Shown: positions 1 to 11,612 of the stretch, one piece after another
How the letters are laid out: every line of letters starts with the position of its first letter
Numbering within the stretch: position 1 is the first letter of the stretch
Origin: Eledone cirrhosa
Lineage: Eukaryota
Assembly (NCBI GenBank): GCA_964016885.1
Contig: OZ024746.1
Span: forward strand, 101,308,001-101,372,000
DNA length: 64,000 nt
Reading direction: 5' to 3'
Position numbers and translations under genes: made by a program
Notes under the pieces: model-generated
What the model saw: only the letters and a program-made list of their open reading frames with translations
Told to the model about the DNA's origin: nothing
Database searches by the model: none

Positions 1-533
1 GGAATCTTGGGAAAGTTTCTTTAATATAACTTCAGTTGTGAAATTAGGTAGACTGAAACTGGAAACTCATTAGATGGACTGCACCTGTAATTCATACCCA
101 TATCACATATTGTGTCAAACTTATTCAGCTTGGTCATTACATTCAGGGTAGTCAAGGAGTTACATGTGTGAGCGAGTAAGTTGAGCAAACAACCAAACAA
201 TAGAATACTTATCAAAACTAACATTAGAGAGAGAGAGAGACAGAGAGCTAATCATGGTCAAAACATTCTTGCTAGTTCAATCAATCTAGTAGTAACTATA
301 TATCAAAGATGGCTGCTGCTGCAAGGTACTTGGCAGAACTAATAAAAATATATTTTTTCAATTGCTCCTATAAAGGCCAATAAGATGTGAAATCAGAAAT
401 CAGTTTCAAATCAGACCACCCAATCATCAATGTCAGAACCAATGAGTGTGTATATTGGGGGCTGAGAGAGACTTGTAGCACCAATGGCAAATTGTAAGTG
501 CATAAGAACCTTTGGGGCGGATAGAACTAGTTT

Positions 534-574
534 AAAAGATGAGTATTGACCATGTACGTCAATACTCATCTTTT
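534..574. repeat. Perfect 17-bp hairpin
   Basis: AAAAGATGAGTATTGAC-catgtac-GTCAATACTCATCTTTT. Confidence 0.85.
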
Positions 575-680
575 TCCATTTCTCCGAGGGTTCTTAACCC
601 CACTATCAGGCTAAATAATTTCTTTAATTTCTTTAGTCAAAATACGGCGATAGCTTACATTTCTAATAATATATATATAT

Positions 681-1050
681 ATGAAACAGTTCTAGTCCTG
701 TAGAAGCTCTTCTATATTCTATATTAAAATATATATATATATATTTTAATATAGAAGAGCTTCTACAGGACTAGAACTGTTTCATTCTTGAGAAATCATC
801 AGGAAGCTGGCTGTCCAAGTAAATGGTAGTATTTATGTCTTTCCTTATCTGGTGGTAGGAGAGGGTGGGGATTAGGATGGGTGGAGGTCATTGGTTGAAG
901 GATTTAAAGGAAGGGGATTCATTAAAAGCTAATTCTTTAAAGCTAATTCTTTAAGGCTAAAATGAGGGTGACAAAGGCAGAAAAGGTTCCATCAACAGAT
1001 TCAAGTGTTGGGGTGAACCCCCTATTGTGAAGTTTCTCTTAATATATATT
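681..1050 (-). mobile_element. Penelope-like element 3' remnant/pLTR with inverted terminal duplication
   Basis: 681-718 is the reverse complement of ~747-785; contains a hammerhead motif; embedded in (TA)n. Confidence 0.6.
758..808 (-). ncRNA. Minimal type I hammerhead ribozyme
   Basis: Minus strand: AGCTTC CTGATGA tTTC tcaa GAAt GAAA CAG ttctagtc CTG TA GAAGCT; core intact, stems I-III pair. Confidence 0.75.
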
Positions 1051-1243
1051 CCAGGTGTCGACAAACACATTGACACATGCGCCCACTTACACACGTACAC
1101 ACACTTACACGCACGTACAGGCACACACACAACAAACATACATAATGGTACATACACACATACATACATACAAATACATACATACACATATACATATATA
1201 TGTGTACATACATACGCACACATATACATATATATATATATAT

Positions 1244-1697
1244 ATATTTATTAAAATAACAGATTAAAGTTTAAGCAAAGAATCGCTGCTTTCAGCCAGA
1301 GAACGTCTCTATGAACCACCTAAGAGAACATTAGTCTACGACCTCTTTTATACCATAAACGTGGTTCTGTCTTTGCGCGTAATTGTTTTTCACCGCTCCT
1401 ATTAATGACGTATTATATTCGTTTTTTCCCGTTCTTTGTCAGGGAACGTTTCCACGAACCAAAGTATCGTCTTCCTGTCTTCCTCCGGTTGCAACGTTTT
1501 TTGAAATATCCACTTCTGCGTTTACAGATTGACTTTGTTAGTTTCAGAAGATCCCGTTAAGGGTGAAAGCAGCGATTCTTTGCTTAAACTTTAATCTGTT
1601 ATTTTAATAAATATTTGCTCTACAGTTCTTATATATTTGATATATATTTATCCTTATCGAGCCCTCTTTGGATTTTAGTCTTCAAATTTATTATTAT

Positions 1698-1700
<3 letters not shown>
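1244..1700 (+). mobile_element. Penelope-like pLTR remnant with 51-bp inverted repeat
   Basis: 1244-1294 is the reverse complement of 1564-1614; (TA)n flanks; hammerhead-like motif inside. Confidence 0.55.
1540..1590 (+). ncRNA. Hammerhead-like motif with U4A core change
   Basis: AGTTT CAGAAGA tCCC gttaa GGGt GAAA GCA gcgattctt TGC TT AAACT. Confidence 0.6.
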
Positions 1701-1738
<38 letters not shown>

Positions 1739-1769
1739 AAGAATCAAAGAACTGTTCAAAACATTATTG

Positions 1770-1816
1770 TGCTTACAGCTGTTTCCTCCAAACCGAGGTT
1801 TGGATTCTTCGGAGCA
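1770..1816 (-). ncRNA. Minimal hammerhead motif (U4C), mirror copy
   Basis: Reverse complement of 2545-2591. Confidence 0.6.
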
Positions 1817-2544
1817 ATTTATTAATGCATGGACAGTTATATGACCTCCTTTTCAGCCGAGAGACATACCAAATACATATTCAAACATTGATACATATTC
1901 AAACATTGTGGGTCAACATTCATTACAGAATTTAGAGTGGCAGTACACACTTCGAGATTACATTTATATTAATAGGTACAATCAAAAATCAAAGATATAG
2001 GTTAAAGTACAACATGAAGATAAGTGGTTATATAGTGCAAATGTTATATGTGTGGCACGCATGTGCGTCTTGTTTATATAGTGTGGCAGAGAGATATGTG
2101 TGGTAGAGGCACTTAGGTAGGTAAATAAGAGTGTTAGGTTGGTAGGTCTGGTGGCAAAGTCTTTATATGATTGATATAGTCTGTGTGTGGAGAAATATTA
2201 TAAGCATTACCAGACCTACCAACCTAACACTCTTATTTACCTACCTAAGTGCCTCTACCACACATATCTCTCTGCCACACTATATAAACAAGACGCACAT
2301 GCGTGCCACACATATAACATTTGCACTATATAACCACTTATCTTCATGTTGTACTTTAACCTATATCTTTGATTTTTGATTGTACCTATTAATATAAATG
2401 TAATCTCGAAGTGTGTACTGCCACTCTAAATTCTGTAATGAATGTTGACCCACAATGTTTGAATATGTATCAATGTTTGAATATGTATTTGGTATGTCTC
2501 TCGGCTGAAAAGGAGGTCATATAACTGTCCATGCATTAATAAAT

Positions 2545-2591
2545 TGCTCCGAAGAATCCAAACCTCGGTTTGGAGGAAACAGCTGTAAGCA
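2545..2591 (+). ncRNA. Minimal hammerhead motif (U4C) with palindromic stem III
   Basis: TGCT CCGAAGA aTCCAAACC tc GGTTTGGAg GAAA CAGCTG TA AGCA. Confidence 0.6.
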
Positions 2592-2792
2592 CAATAATGT
2601 TTTGAACAGTTCTTTGATTCTTATATTTCATATAACTGCTCTGTAAATCATCTGATGTTTTTACATTGAGCTACTTAACTTACTGGTAATAAGGTAGTAA
2701 TACATTACTGCCTACCACTATTTAGGGTGTGTGTAAAATACTTACAACTGCTTAAGGTTTTGTGTTTACATAACCATAAATAGTATAACTAA

Positions 2793-2854
<62 letters not shown>

Positions 2855-3048
2855 TTTTCCTGGGTCCTGTATTTTCGTTGCTCTGGTAATGCGGTCGGAC
2901 TGCCGACTGCTATATCTAATTTGCTAAGCTGTCTGAACATAATGTTATACTCTGGGGTCTTACCTCATCTGAGTGCTAAAGCTACAAACCGAATAAGCAT
3001 ACACGCTAGCTTGGCCGTATACTAGAGCTTCGTCTATGCTGTACTAAA

Positions 3049-3119
<71 letters not shown>

Positions 3120-3954
3120 TATATATATATATTGTTATACTTGGGAGGGGGGGGGGGTTATATTGTGGTAATAATATTGCCAGAATTAATGACAGAACAC
3201 ACTCATTATTTGGTTGGTTTTCGCTTCTGTATCTTTTATTCGGTCCTCAATGTTTACTATTGACTGACCAACGGTCAAAAATACAGATGTAATATAGACA
3301 CAAACACATATATATAGTCTAACAAAGTTCTTTCGTTGCACATCTGCAACATCGTCAGTGGTGCTATTATGTTTCCTCTTGTTGTATTGTATGTCTACGT
3401 ATCTTTATTTAATCTGTTTATTTATTTATTTATTTATTTATTTTTGTCTTCTTCGCTGCGCATGCGTTTGCGTGTGTGTATAGTGTTTGGTGTGTGTTCG
3501 TGTTTGGGTGACTGTGTTTTGGTTATTGTATTCTATCTTAGTTTACTAGTGTGTGTTTATATGTGTTTGTTGTGCTTGTGTATTTATTTATTTATTTATT
3601 TATTTATTTATATTTCTCTTAAGTCAGTATTGTTTGTTTGGGTGTTGTTGTTATTCCATTCATTTTTTCTGTTTAATTTTGACCTTCTAAGTTATATTTC
3701 ACTGACCGCTCTGATTTGCCTATTTGCTGGGTCATTTCTATGTTTAGATATTATTTTAATTTCTATGCTGTCTATGTTACCGTCGTGTTGTTGTCTGGCA
3801 TGTTTGTATAGTACTGAACTGTTTTTTCGTCCTATATATATATATTGTTATACTTTGGTTCTCTGGAAGGGTCAGACTGCTAATAACAAAATCGAAGTCT
3901 AGATACATGCACTCTTGTTAGCAGGCAAAGTAAATGTTAAATGAAGATGATGAT

Positions 3955-4590
3955 GATATATAAGAAGACATGGGATGTAACACTAAAGGTTGACCTGGCA
4001 CAGCTGAACCTCTTGACGGAGATAACACAGGACCAAGACTTCTGGCGCTATGGCATATGACAGAAGACCCGAGTCGACTACCCAGTCAAGCCCACACTGT
4101 AAACATGGCTTGTGCTTAAGAAGGGCATCTGGCAGTCATGAAATCCCATCCAAAACATGATCCCGCTATATGCAAGGTTTAGTGTAGTAAATTGGCCAGA
4201 CCTTCCTCATAACATACCCACCCAGCTCCCATAATATAGTTAGGAGCAGGGTACAGCGTGAACAGCTGGCCAGACCCTCCTCATAGTGAGACCACCCACT
4301 TCCATACTGTGAACATGGTTGCTGTTAAGAAGGACATCTAACAGCTGTAAAAGCTTAGCCAAGGTCCCACATGAGCAAGGTATGGCCAACTGACGAGACT
4401 TGCTTCACAAGTGTGACCACTCAGTCCCACACTGTAAATGTGGTTAGAGTTGGGAAAGGCATCCAGCTGTAAAAAGATGGTTAAAATATAGTTCTGTTTG
4501 AGCAAGGGATGGTGCAGCCAAAGGGCCAGACCCATAGCATGAACAACCCATCTGACCTATGGAAAATAAGATGTTAAACGGTGATGATGA
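3955..4590 (+). mobile_element. Degenerate RTE LINE 3' end with extended 3' UTR
   Basis: KKTWD...DL-like coding remnant, degenerate GGAAGGGCATCCAGCTGTA motifs, gttaaacggtgatgatgat tail. Confidence 0.55.
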
Positions 4591-5139
4591 TATCAAATTC
4601 TAATACTGATGTTTGTAGTACTTCTATGATATTGGCCATGTGATGCTGAAATGAAGTTTCAGAAGAAAACCATTGGCCTATATTGCTGTCACATGAGATA
4701 GTTGAATTGCATTGCTTAAAGATATTTTTAAAAATTACAACAAAAATATAGGAGGAATAAATTATTTTTTTAATGAGTAATAGATATATCCTAACTTTCA
4801 AAAACAAACAAAATATTGCAAGAGATCAGCTTTCAGTAAAAAAAAAAAAAAAAAAAAATTAATCACATCTTTCTTTTTATCTATTTATATTTAAAATAAA
4901 CAACAAATTTTGATAAAATATCAAACATGAAGTTAAGGAGGAGAAAAGGGTGTGTCGGACTGAAAAGAAGGAAAATTTAGCTGATGAAGAAAAATTAGAG
5001 TCTACTTAAATTTCAATAAGTGCTGTGAGATTGAGTGTAATTTTATTCTTGGAAGGTTTATAATATTGATATATTGATATAGCATTAATGGTGACTTGTA
5101 GACACTGAGTTTCAAATAAGTATTTCAGTTTCACCTAAA

Positions 5140-6848
5140 GCATGTATATAGAATATGTTGTAGTGGTATATATAGTATATATTGTAGTGATGTATATAGA
5201 ATATGTTGTAGTTGTAGCGACCCCTTAGGGCTGGAACTCAGAACTTATAAGAGTTGCGTCCCTTTGTGACGGTCCCTTTGTTACTTCTATGAAGTAAAAC
5301 TTTGTATAAACACACACCAGCCATTGTTATTCTTTCTAATATTATTACAAGTAATATGTTTACTAATACCAACCTTCTAAAGTGGTGGTGTATATAGAAC
5401 ATGTTGTAGTGGTGTATATAGTATATATTGTAGTGATGTATATAGAACATGTTGTAGTGGTGTATATATTGTAGTGGTGTATATAGAACATGTTGTAGTG
5501 GTGTATATAGTATACATTGTAGTGGTTTATATAGAACATGTTGTAGTGGTGTATATAGTATATATTGTAGTGGTGTATATAGAACATGTTGTAGTGGTGT
5601 ATATAGTATATGTTGTAGTGGTGTATATAGTATATGTTGTAGTGGTGTATATAGTATATATTGTAGTGGTGTATATAGTATATATTGTAGTGGTGTATAT
5701 AGTATATATTGTAGTGGTGTATATAGTATATGTAGTGGTGTATATAGTATATGTTGTAGTGGTGTATATAGTATATATTGTAGTGGTGTATATAGTATAT
5801 ATTGTAGTGGTGTATATAGTATAAGTTGTAGTGGTGTATATATTGTAGTGGTGTATATAGTATATGTTGTAGTGGTGTATATAGTATATATTGTAGTGGT
5901 GTATATAGTATAAGTTGTAGTGGTGTATAAGTTGTAGTGGTGTATATATTGTAGTGGTGTATATAGTATATGTTGTAGTGGTGTATATAGTATATATTGT
6001 AGTGGTGTATATAGTATATGTTGTAGTGGTGTATATATTGTAGTGGTGTATATAGTATATGTTGTAGTGGTGCATATACTTTATGTTGTAGTGGTGTATA
6101 TATTGTAGTGGTGTATATAGTATATGTTGTAGTGGTGTATATAGTATATATTGTAGTGGTGTATATAGTATAAGTTGTAGTGGTGTATATATTGTAGTGG
6201 TGTATATAGTATATGTTTGAGTGGTGTATATAGTATATATTGTAGTGGTGTATATATTATATGTTGTAGTGGTGTATATAGTATATGTTGTAGTGGTGTA
6301 TATAGTATATATTGTAGTGGTGTATATAGTATATGTTGTAGTGGTGTATATAGTATATGTTGTAGTGGTGTATATAGTATATATTGTAGTGGTGTATATA
6401 TTGTAGTGGTGTATATAGTATATATTGTAGTGGTGTAATAGTATATATTGTAGTGGTGTATATAGTATATATTGTAGGGGTGTATATATTATATGTTGTA
6501 GTGGTGTATATAGTATATATTGTAGTGGTGTATATATTATATGTTGTAGTGGTGTATATAGTATATATTGTAGTGGTGTATATAGTATATATTGTAGTGG
6601 TGTATATAGTATATGTTGTAGTGGTGTATATAGTATATGTTGTAGTGGTGTATATAGTATATGTTGTAGTGGTGTATATAGTATATATTGTAGTGGTGTA
6701 TATAGTATATATTGTAGTGGTGTATATAGTATTTGTTGTAGTGGTGTATATAGTATACGTTGTAGTGGTGTATATAGTATATGTTGTAGTGGTGGTGTAT
6801 ATAGTATATGTTGTAGTGGTGTATATAGTATATGTTGTAGTGGTGTAT
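5140..6848. repeat. 24-bp minisatellite (GTGGTGTATATAGTATATGTTGTA)n with shorter variants
   Basis: Direct tandem repeats. Confidence 0.95.
5213..5381 (+). mobile_element. Candidate solo LTR inserted in the minisatellite
   Basis: Non-repeat 169 bp starting TGTAG and ending CTAAA (near CTACA); flanks GTAGT/GTGGT. Confidence 0.4.
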
Positions 6849-7060
6849 CATCATCATCGTTTAACGTCCATCTGCTACGCTAGCATGGGTTAGACGGGAG
6901 TTGTGCCACTTGAGGCAAGGTGGGTCGGGTGACCGTGTCTTGCTCGTATGGGACTATCTGGTAGGTTTTCTATGGCTGGATGCCCTTCCTACCACCAACT
7001 ACATTTACAGTGTGGACTGGGAACTTTTTACCGTGTTACACGGCCACATTACAGCGTGCA
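6849..7060 (-). mobile_element. RTE-tailed interspersed repeat (SINE body or LINE 3' UTR)
   Basis: Reverse complement of GGAAGGGCATCCAGCC...ACCCATGCTAGCG...GGACGTTAAACGATGATG. Confidence 0.75.
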
Positions 7061-7346
7061 CTGTGTATTTTTTTCTTTCCTTTTTTCCCCTTTTATAATT
7101 ATAGTATATGTTGTGTAAAGGGGTGATGTGTTGTTGGGGAGAGTCTGCTCTAAACAACAGCAGTTTAAAAAAAATTAAATCATAAGTGAATATATTAACA
7201 AGTGTTTAACCCTTTTAATATAAATGTCTTAATATACGTAATGGTTAGCTGGTTGCTTCTATTATGGTTTAATAAGTGTTGGTGTCACAATACACCCAGT
7301 ACACTCTGTAAAGTGGTAGTGTTGGTGGCATGATAAAATACACCCA

Positions 7347-7908
7347 GAGTTCTCTAACACAGCTCCAGTATAAACAATAGGAGATGTGAGAGTTCTCTAA
7401 CACAGCTCCAATATAAACAATAGATGTGAGAGTTCTCTAACACAGCTCCAATATAAACAATAGGAGATGTGAGAGTTCTTTAACACAGCTCCAGTATAAA
7501 CAATAGGTGATGTGAGTGTTCTCTAACACCGCTCCAGTATAAACAATAGGAGATGTGAGAGTTCTCTAACACAGCTCCAATATAAATAATAGGAGATGTG
7601 AGAGTTCTCTAACACAGCTCCAGTATAAACAATAGGAGATGTGAGAGTTCTCTAACATAGCTCCAGTATAAACAATAGGTGATGTGAGCGTTCTCTAACA
7701 CAGCTCCAGTATAGACAATAGGAGATGTGAGAGTTCTCTAACACAGCTCCAGTATAAACAATAGATGTGAGAGTTCTCTAACACAGCTCCAGTATAAACA
7801 ATAGATGTGAGAGTTCTCTAACACAGCTCCAGTATAAACAATAAGTGATGTGAGCATTCTCTAACACAGCTTCAGTATAAACAATAGGAGATGTGAGAGT
7901 TCTCTAAC
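7347..7908. repeat. 43-bp minisatellite with 40-bp variants, ~13 copies
   Basis: Unit GAGTTCTCTAACACAGCTCCAGTATAAACAATAGGAGATGTGA. Confidence 0.95.
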
Positions 7909-8049
7909 CTGATCTAAGTATTGAGTTCTCGTGTTACTGGAAACCCTACATGTTTTAGTATGCAACTTGCTTAAATAATTTTAATATTTCTGTTTTCTTC
8001 ATAGTTATCTATTTATTATCTATTATATGTTCTTATTTTTATAGACATT

Positions 8050-8250
8050 GAGGGTGGTGGGTTGGCAGTATTGGTAGAGAGTCGGATGCCATGCTTTGCA
8101 GCACAGAGTTACGGCCCTTTATGATCTGAGTTCAAATCTCGCCAAGGTTAACTTTGCCTTTCATCCTTACGGGGTTGATAAAATAAAGTACCAGTCACAC
8201 AACTTTCCCCTCCCCCAAAATTGCTGGCCTTGTGCCTATATAAGAAACCC
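8050..8250 (+). mobile_element. tRNA-derived SINE with Meta-type core
   Basis: A-box-like TGGCAGTATTGG, B-box GAGTTCAAATC, core GCCTTTCATCCTTACGGGGTTGATAAAATAAAGTACCAGT; at least six copies in window. Confidence 0.8.
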
Positions 8251-8299
8251 TATATTTATAGACATTTCTAAATGTTTTCTTTATATTCCTCTTCATATA

Positions 8300-8710
8300 A
8301 CTTTGTCTTATTTATTCACACACATCATCAACTTCTTCAAATTTCACCTGGAAAGGAAGGTGAGGTGAAGAAAGAAGTGCTGCCTCCCAGTACATTTGCT
8401 GAAAGGTGGGTGAATGTGGCGAGAATGGCCTGTGTGAGTGGGCCTACTCTGACCATGCACCTACAGGCTGGCTAACCCGGGTGCCTTAGAAGAGCTGGGT
8501 GGTTCAGGATTGGTGGGGTACCTGAGTCACCCCTGGCCCCCCCCCCCCCTATTGGGGAATTTATTTTGTTCTGTTTATACATAGTTTATTTTATATTTTC
8601 ATTGTTAAATTAGTCTTGCCATTGTGCACTTTTACTCAACCTTATTGTAAACTCCCACTGTCTGTGTCTTTGTATTGTTGGCCCTTGTGCCTAATAAATG
8701 AAATCATTTA
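8300..8710 (+). mobile_element. Possible Tx1/L1-type LINE 3' fragment
   Basis: FFKFHLERKVR / STFAERW-like C-terminal remnant followed by T-rich UTR and AATAAA. Confidence 0.35.
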
Positions 8711-8734
8711 TTCACACACATTTTCTTTGCTGCA

Positions 8735-8885
8735 TAGAGTTAATAGAGTTACGGCCATTTACGTTCTGAGTTCAAATCCCGCTGAGGTTAACTTTGCCTT
8801 TCATCCTTACAGGGTTGATAAAATAAAGTACCAGTAATACACTGGGGTAATTGTGGCCTTGTGCCTATACTAGAAATCATTATTA
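8735..8885 (+). mobile_element. tRNA-derived SINE (5'-truncated)
   Basis: Same family as 8050-8250. Confidence 0.8.
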
Positions 8886-9002
8886 CAAGGGTTACCAGTA
8901 ATACACTAGGGTAATTGCTGGCTTTATGCCAAAAGTAGAAAGAATTATTTCAAGGGTTACAGAGATTTCAAAATAAAGAAATAGAAGAGATTTTCTACTC
9001 AC

Positions 9003-9200
9003 TTTGTCCAGAGTGAGGTAAATTTTCCTTGTGCCCTCCACCTTTTCTCTTGTTACTTCTAAATCTTTAACGAATTGTTTCAAGTGAACCTTTAGACCTT
9101 TTACAAGGTCCCTATAGCCGGTTGCAGAGTCAGTGGAAATCCCAGACTGTGCGAGCATACACGCCTCTTCCACCAAGTCATTCCCTTTGTCGATGTATGT
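9003..9200 (-). CDS. Internal coding exon (phase 0-0, 66 aa), spectrin-repeat-like helical segment; likely puratrophin-1/PLEKHG4-like RhoGEF
   Basis: Acceptor tttctaattttag|ACA, donor AAA|gtgagt, 198 nt open frame TYIDKGNDLVEEACMLAQSGISTDSATGYRDLVKGLKVHLKQFVKDLEVTREKVEGTRKIYLTLDK; family assignment is from recalled similarity, not a search. Confidence 0.8.
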
Positions 9201-9264
9201 CTAAAATTAGAAACAGAGAAAAATATTTAAAACATTACAACAGTAATAATAATAATAATAATAG

Positions 9265-9752
9265 ATGGAGAACAGTCAGGTGAAGGTGCTGTGGGATTTT
9301 AGGATACAGACGGACAAAAAACTGGAACACAATAGACCTGACCTGGTGGTTGTGGATAAAGAAAAAAGATCGTGCCTGATTGTGGATGTGGCCTGCCCGT
9401 TCGACACGAGAGTGCAAGAGAAGGAGAGGGAGAAAATTAACCGATACCAGGACCTAAAGTGGGAGGTGAAAAGGATTTGGAACTGCCATGAAGTCAAAGT
9501 GATCCCGATTGTCATAGGCGCACTGGGGACTATCTCCAAAGGTTTCCAGGGATGGTTAAAGAAAATCGGCCCCTTCACGCTTTTTGGAACGCTTCAAAAG
9601 GCATGGTTGCTGGGAACAGCAAGAACCCTCTGATACGTCCTGAATATCTGAGGCTGCAGGTAGTGGCTTGATATTCAATCCAACGGACTTTCCAGTTAAC
9701 CAACATCAATGACTGAGATTCAAGGAATAACAATAACAATAATAATAATAAT
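9265..9752 (+). mobile_element. R4/Dong-like non-LTR retrotransposon 3' end (restriction-like endonuclease)
   Basis: LWDFRIQTD..HNRPDLVVVD..IVDVACP..EKINRY..PIVIGALG; (TAA)n on both sides. Confidence 0.85.
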
Positions 9753-9911
9753 GATTCAAAATAAATCACATTTCTCAGGTTTCTCTCTGAGCCCCCCTCC
9801 CCCACACTCCCATGACATTTCTCAGCCAGAGAAAGGAAAGCCAGATTTAAAGTGAAACCATTACACTCAGCCTATGAAGTAAACACAAGGGCTGTCAGAA
9901 ATGATAATGAT

Positions 9912-10185
9912 GCACATGGATACAAAGAGGTCCCTTGAAAGGGGAGACAGAGGGTTTGGTTATGGCAGCCCAGGACCAGGAAATAAGAACTAATTGGATC
10001 AAAGTTAATGTGGACAAGGTGATCACATCACCACTGTGTAGGATGTGTGGGAAGGTAAATGAGACACAGCCATATTGTCTCAGAATGAATACAAAACTTG
10101 GAGACATGATAACATGGCAACAGTAATACATTGGGGATTATGTAAAAAGTTTGGGTTCAACTGTAATGGAAAATGGTACGACCAC
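9912..10185 (+). mobile_element. R4/Dong-like fragment (CCHC knuckle region)
   Basis: LKGETEGLVMAAQDQ..CRMCGKVNET; frameshifted. Confidence 0.75.
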
Positions 10186-10556
10186 TTGAAATAACAGCCA
10201 AATCTCTCTCAACTTAAAAAGGAAAAGACTATTTTGCATAATGCAGCCCTAGATACACTATATCTGAATAACAGATGTAACGGTTATGGTAGAAATTAAG
10301 GACATTGGTATACTAATAATCAGTTGACAGATGTAGTCAGTCATAGACCATTTGACAGATGTCATCAGCCATGGACCAGTTAACAGATCTTTCCTACACC
10401 TCCCATGTCTAAAATACTCCCCCCTACCTACACCTCCCATGTCTAAACTGTCCTGCATTAAATTATCTTAGTTAACAATTGTCCTAAATGACTTTTCAAA
10501 ACAAAATGTGGCTTCATTTCTTCTCTCTTTTTTAATTTCTTAAGTCTAGAGGTATG

Positions 10557-10622
<66 letters not shown>

Positions 10623-10951
10623 GTGAGTGCTGTAAGTTTCAAGCCCCAAGCAGTGTAAGTTATTTTTAGTAAAAATCTGTATCCCGTGTACAAGTATATA
10701 GAGTAGATTCTACTCCAACCAGAATCTTATAGAAAGAAGGAATCCCAATCTTTGTTCAACATAATTAGTAGAGTCTCTACTAATGTACAACAGTTGCCAT
10801 GAAGTCAATAGCCAAAAATATAGACATGAGCACACAGAATATTGGCGGAAAGTGAAAAAAGGTGGGAGGAAAAACAAAAGCAAATTCCATAAACCTTTGA
10901 ATAAATATGTGAGAAAAGTTATTGAATTTCTGTAAGGAGAAGAATCTATGT

Positions 10952-11219
10952 CAACCATGGGCAAACTGCGACCCGCGAAGCTTTCTGAAAGGCTCGCTTT
11001 CTGATTTTTTTACCCCAACTTTTCAGTTGTAATTTATCTTTCTATCATTTTTACGATCGAGGAAAACAACGTGTACGAATTCTGAAGAAACAAATCAAAA
11101 CAACCTGAGTTACCTACCGCCTTTCTTTAATGTGGGCACGATGTAAATTAGTGCTTGTGGCCCGCCTGATGAGCCATATCTCATGCGGCCTGCTTCTCGA
11201 CAAAGGTTGCCCATGGCTG
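10952..11219. mobile_element. hAT-superfamily MITE
   Basis: TIRs CAACCATGGGCAA / TTGCCCATGGCTG; exact 8-bp TSD ATCTATGT (10944-10951, 11220-11227). Confidence 0.9.
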
Positions 11220-11429
11220 ATCTATGTCATAGCAATAGTAAAATAGATTTTCTCCTTCGCAAAAATAAATGGCTGAACGAGTGACATAACCTCAGATATA
11301 TATTTAATAGGAAGCTCAAAGAAATAAAAGTTGTGAATTAAGTAATACATATAATTTTATTGTATTTAATTATCATTAGATGATAGTGTGGCATGTAATG
11401 GATAATAATGTGTGTTATCATTACATGTG

Positions 11430-11612
11430 GAGTGGCAGTATCAGTAGAGGGTTGGATGCCATGCTTTGAAGCATAGAGTTACGGCTTTTACAGTCTGAAT
11501 TCAAATCCCGCTGAGGTTAGCTTTGCCTTTCATCCTTACGGGGTCGATAAAATAAAGTACCAGTAATGCACTGGGATAATTGCTGGCCTTGTGCCAAAAG
11601 TAGAAACAATTA
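11430..11612 (+). mobile_element. tRNA-derived SINE with Meta-type core
   Basis: Same family as 8050-8250. Confidence 0.8.

Larger units (their letters stand above)
1727..2634. repeat. Long inverted repeat (~426-bp arms, 56-bp spacer) of Penelope-type pLTR sequence
   Basis: 1727-2152 reads as the reverse complement of 2209-2634. Confidence 0.9.

Noticed and set aside
3255-3300. Decayed hammerhead (GACC-aac-GGTC stem)
   Set aside because: Both core segments too mutated to support
3336-3902. 188-aa hydrophobic ORF
   Set aside because: T-rich low-complexity strand with TTTA repeats and a non-ATG start
8050-8150. tRNA genes at SINE heads (also 19920, 53939)
   Set aside because: Only A/B-box remnants joined to SINE cores; no complete cloverleaf
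11166-11172. CTGATGA inside the hAT MITE as a hammerhead
   Set aside because: No stem II/GAAA/stem III arrangement follows
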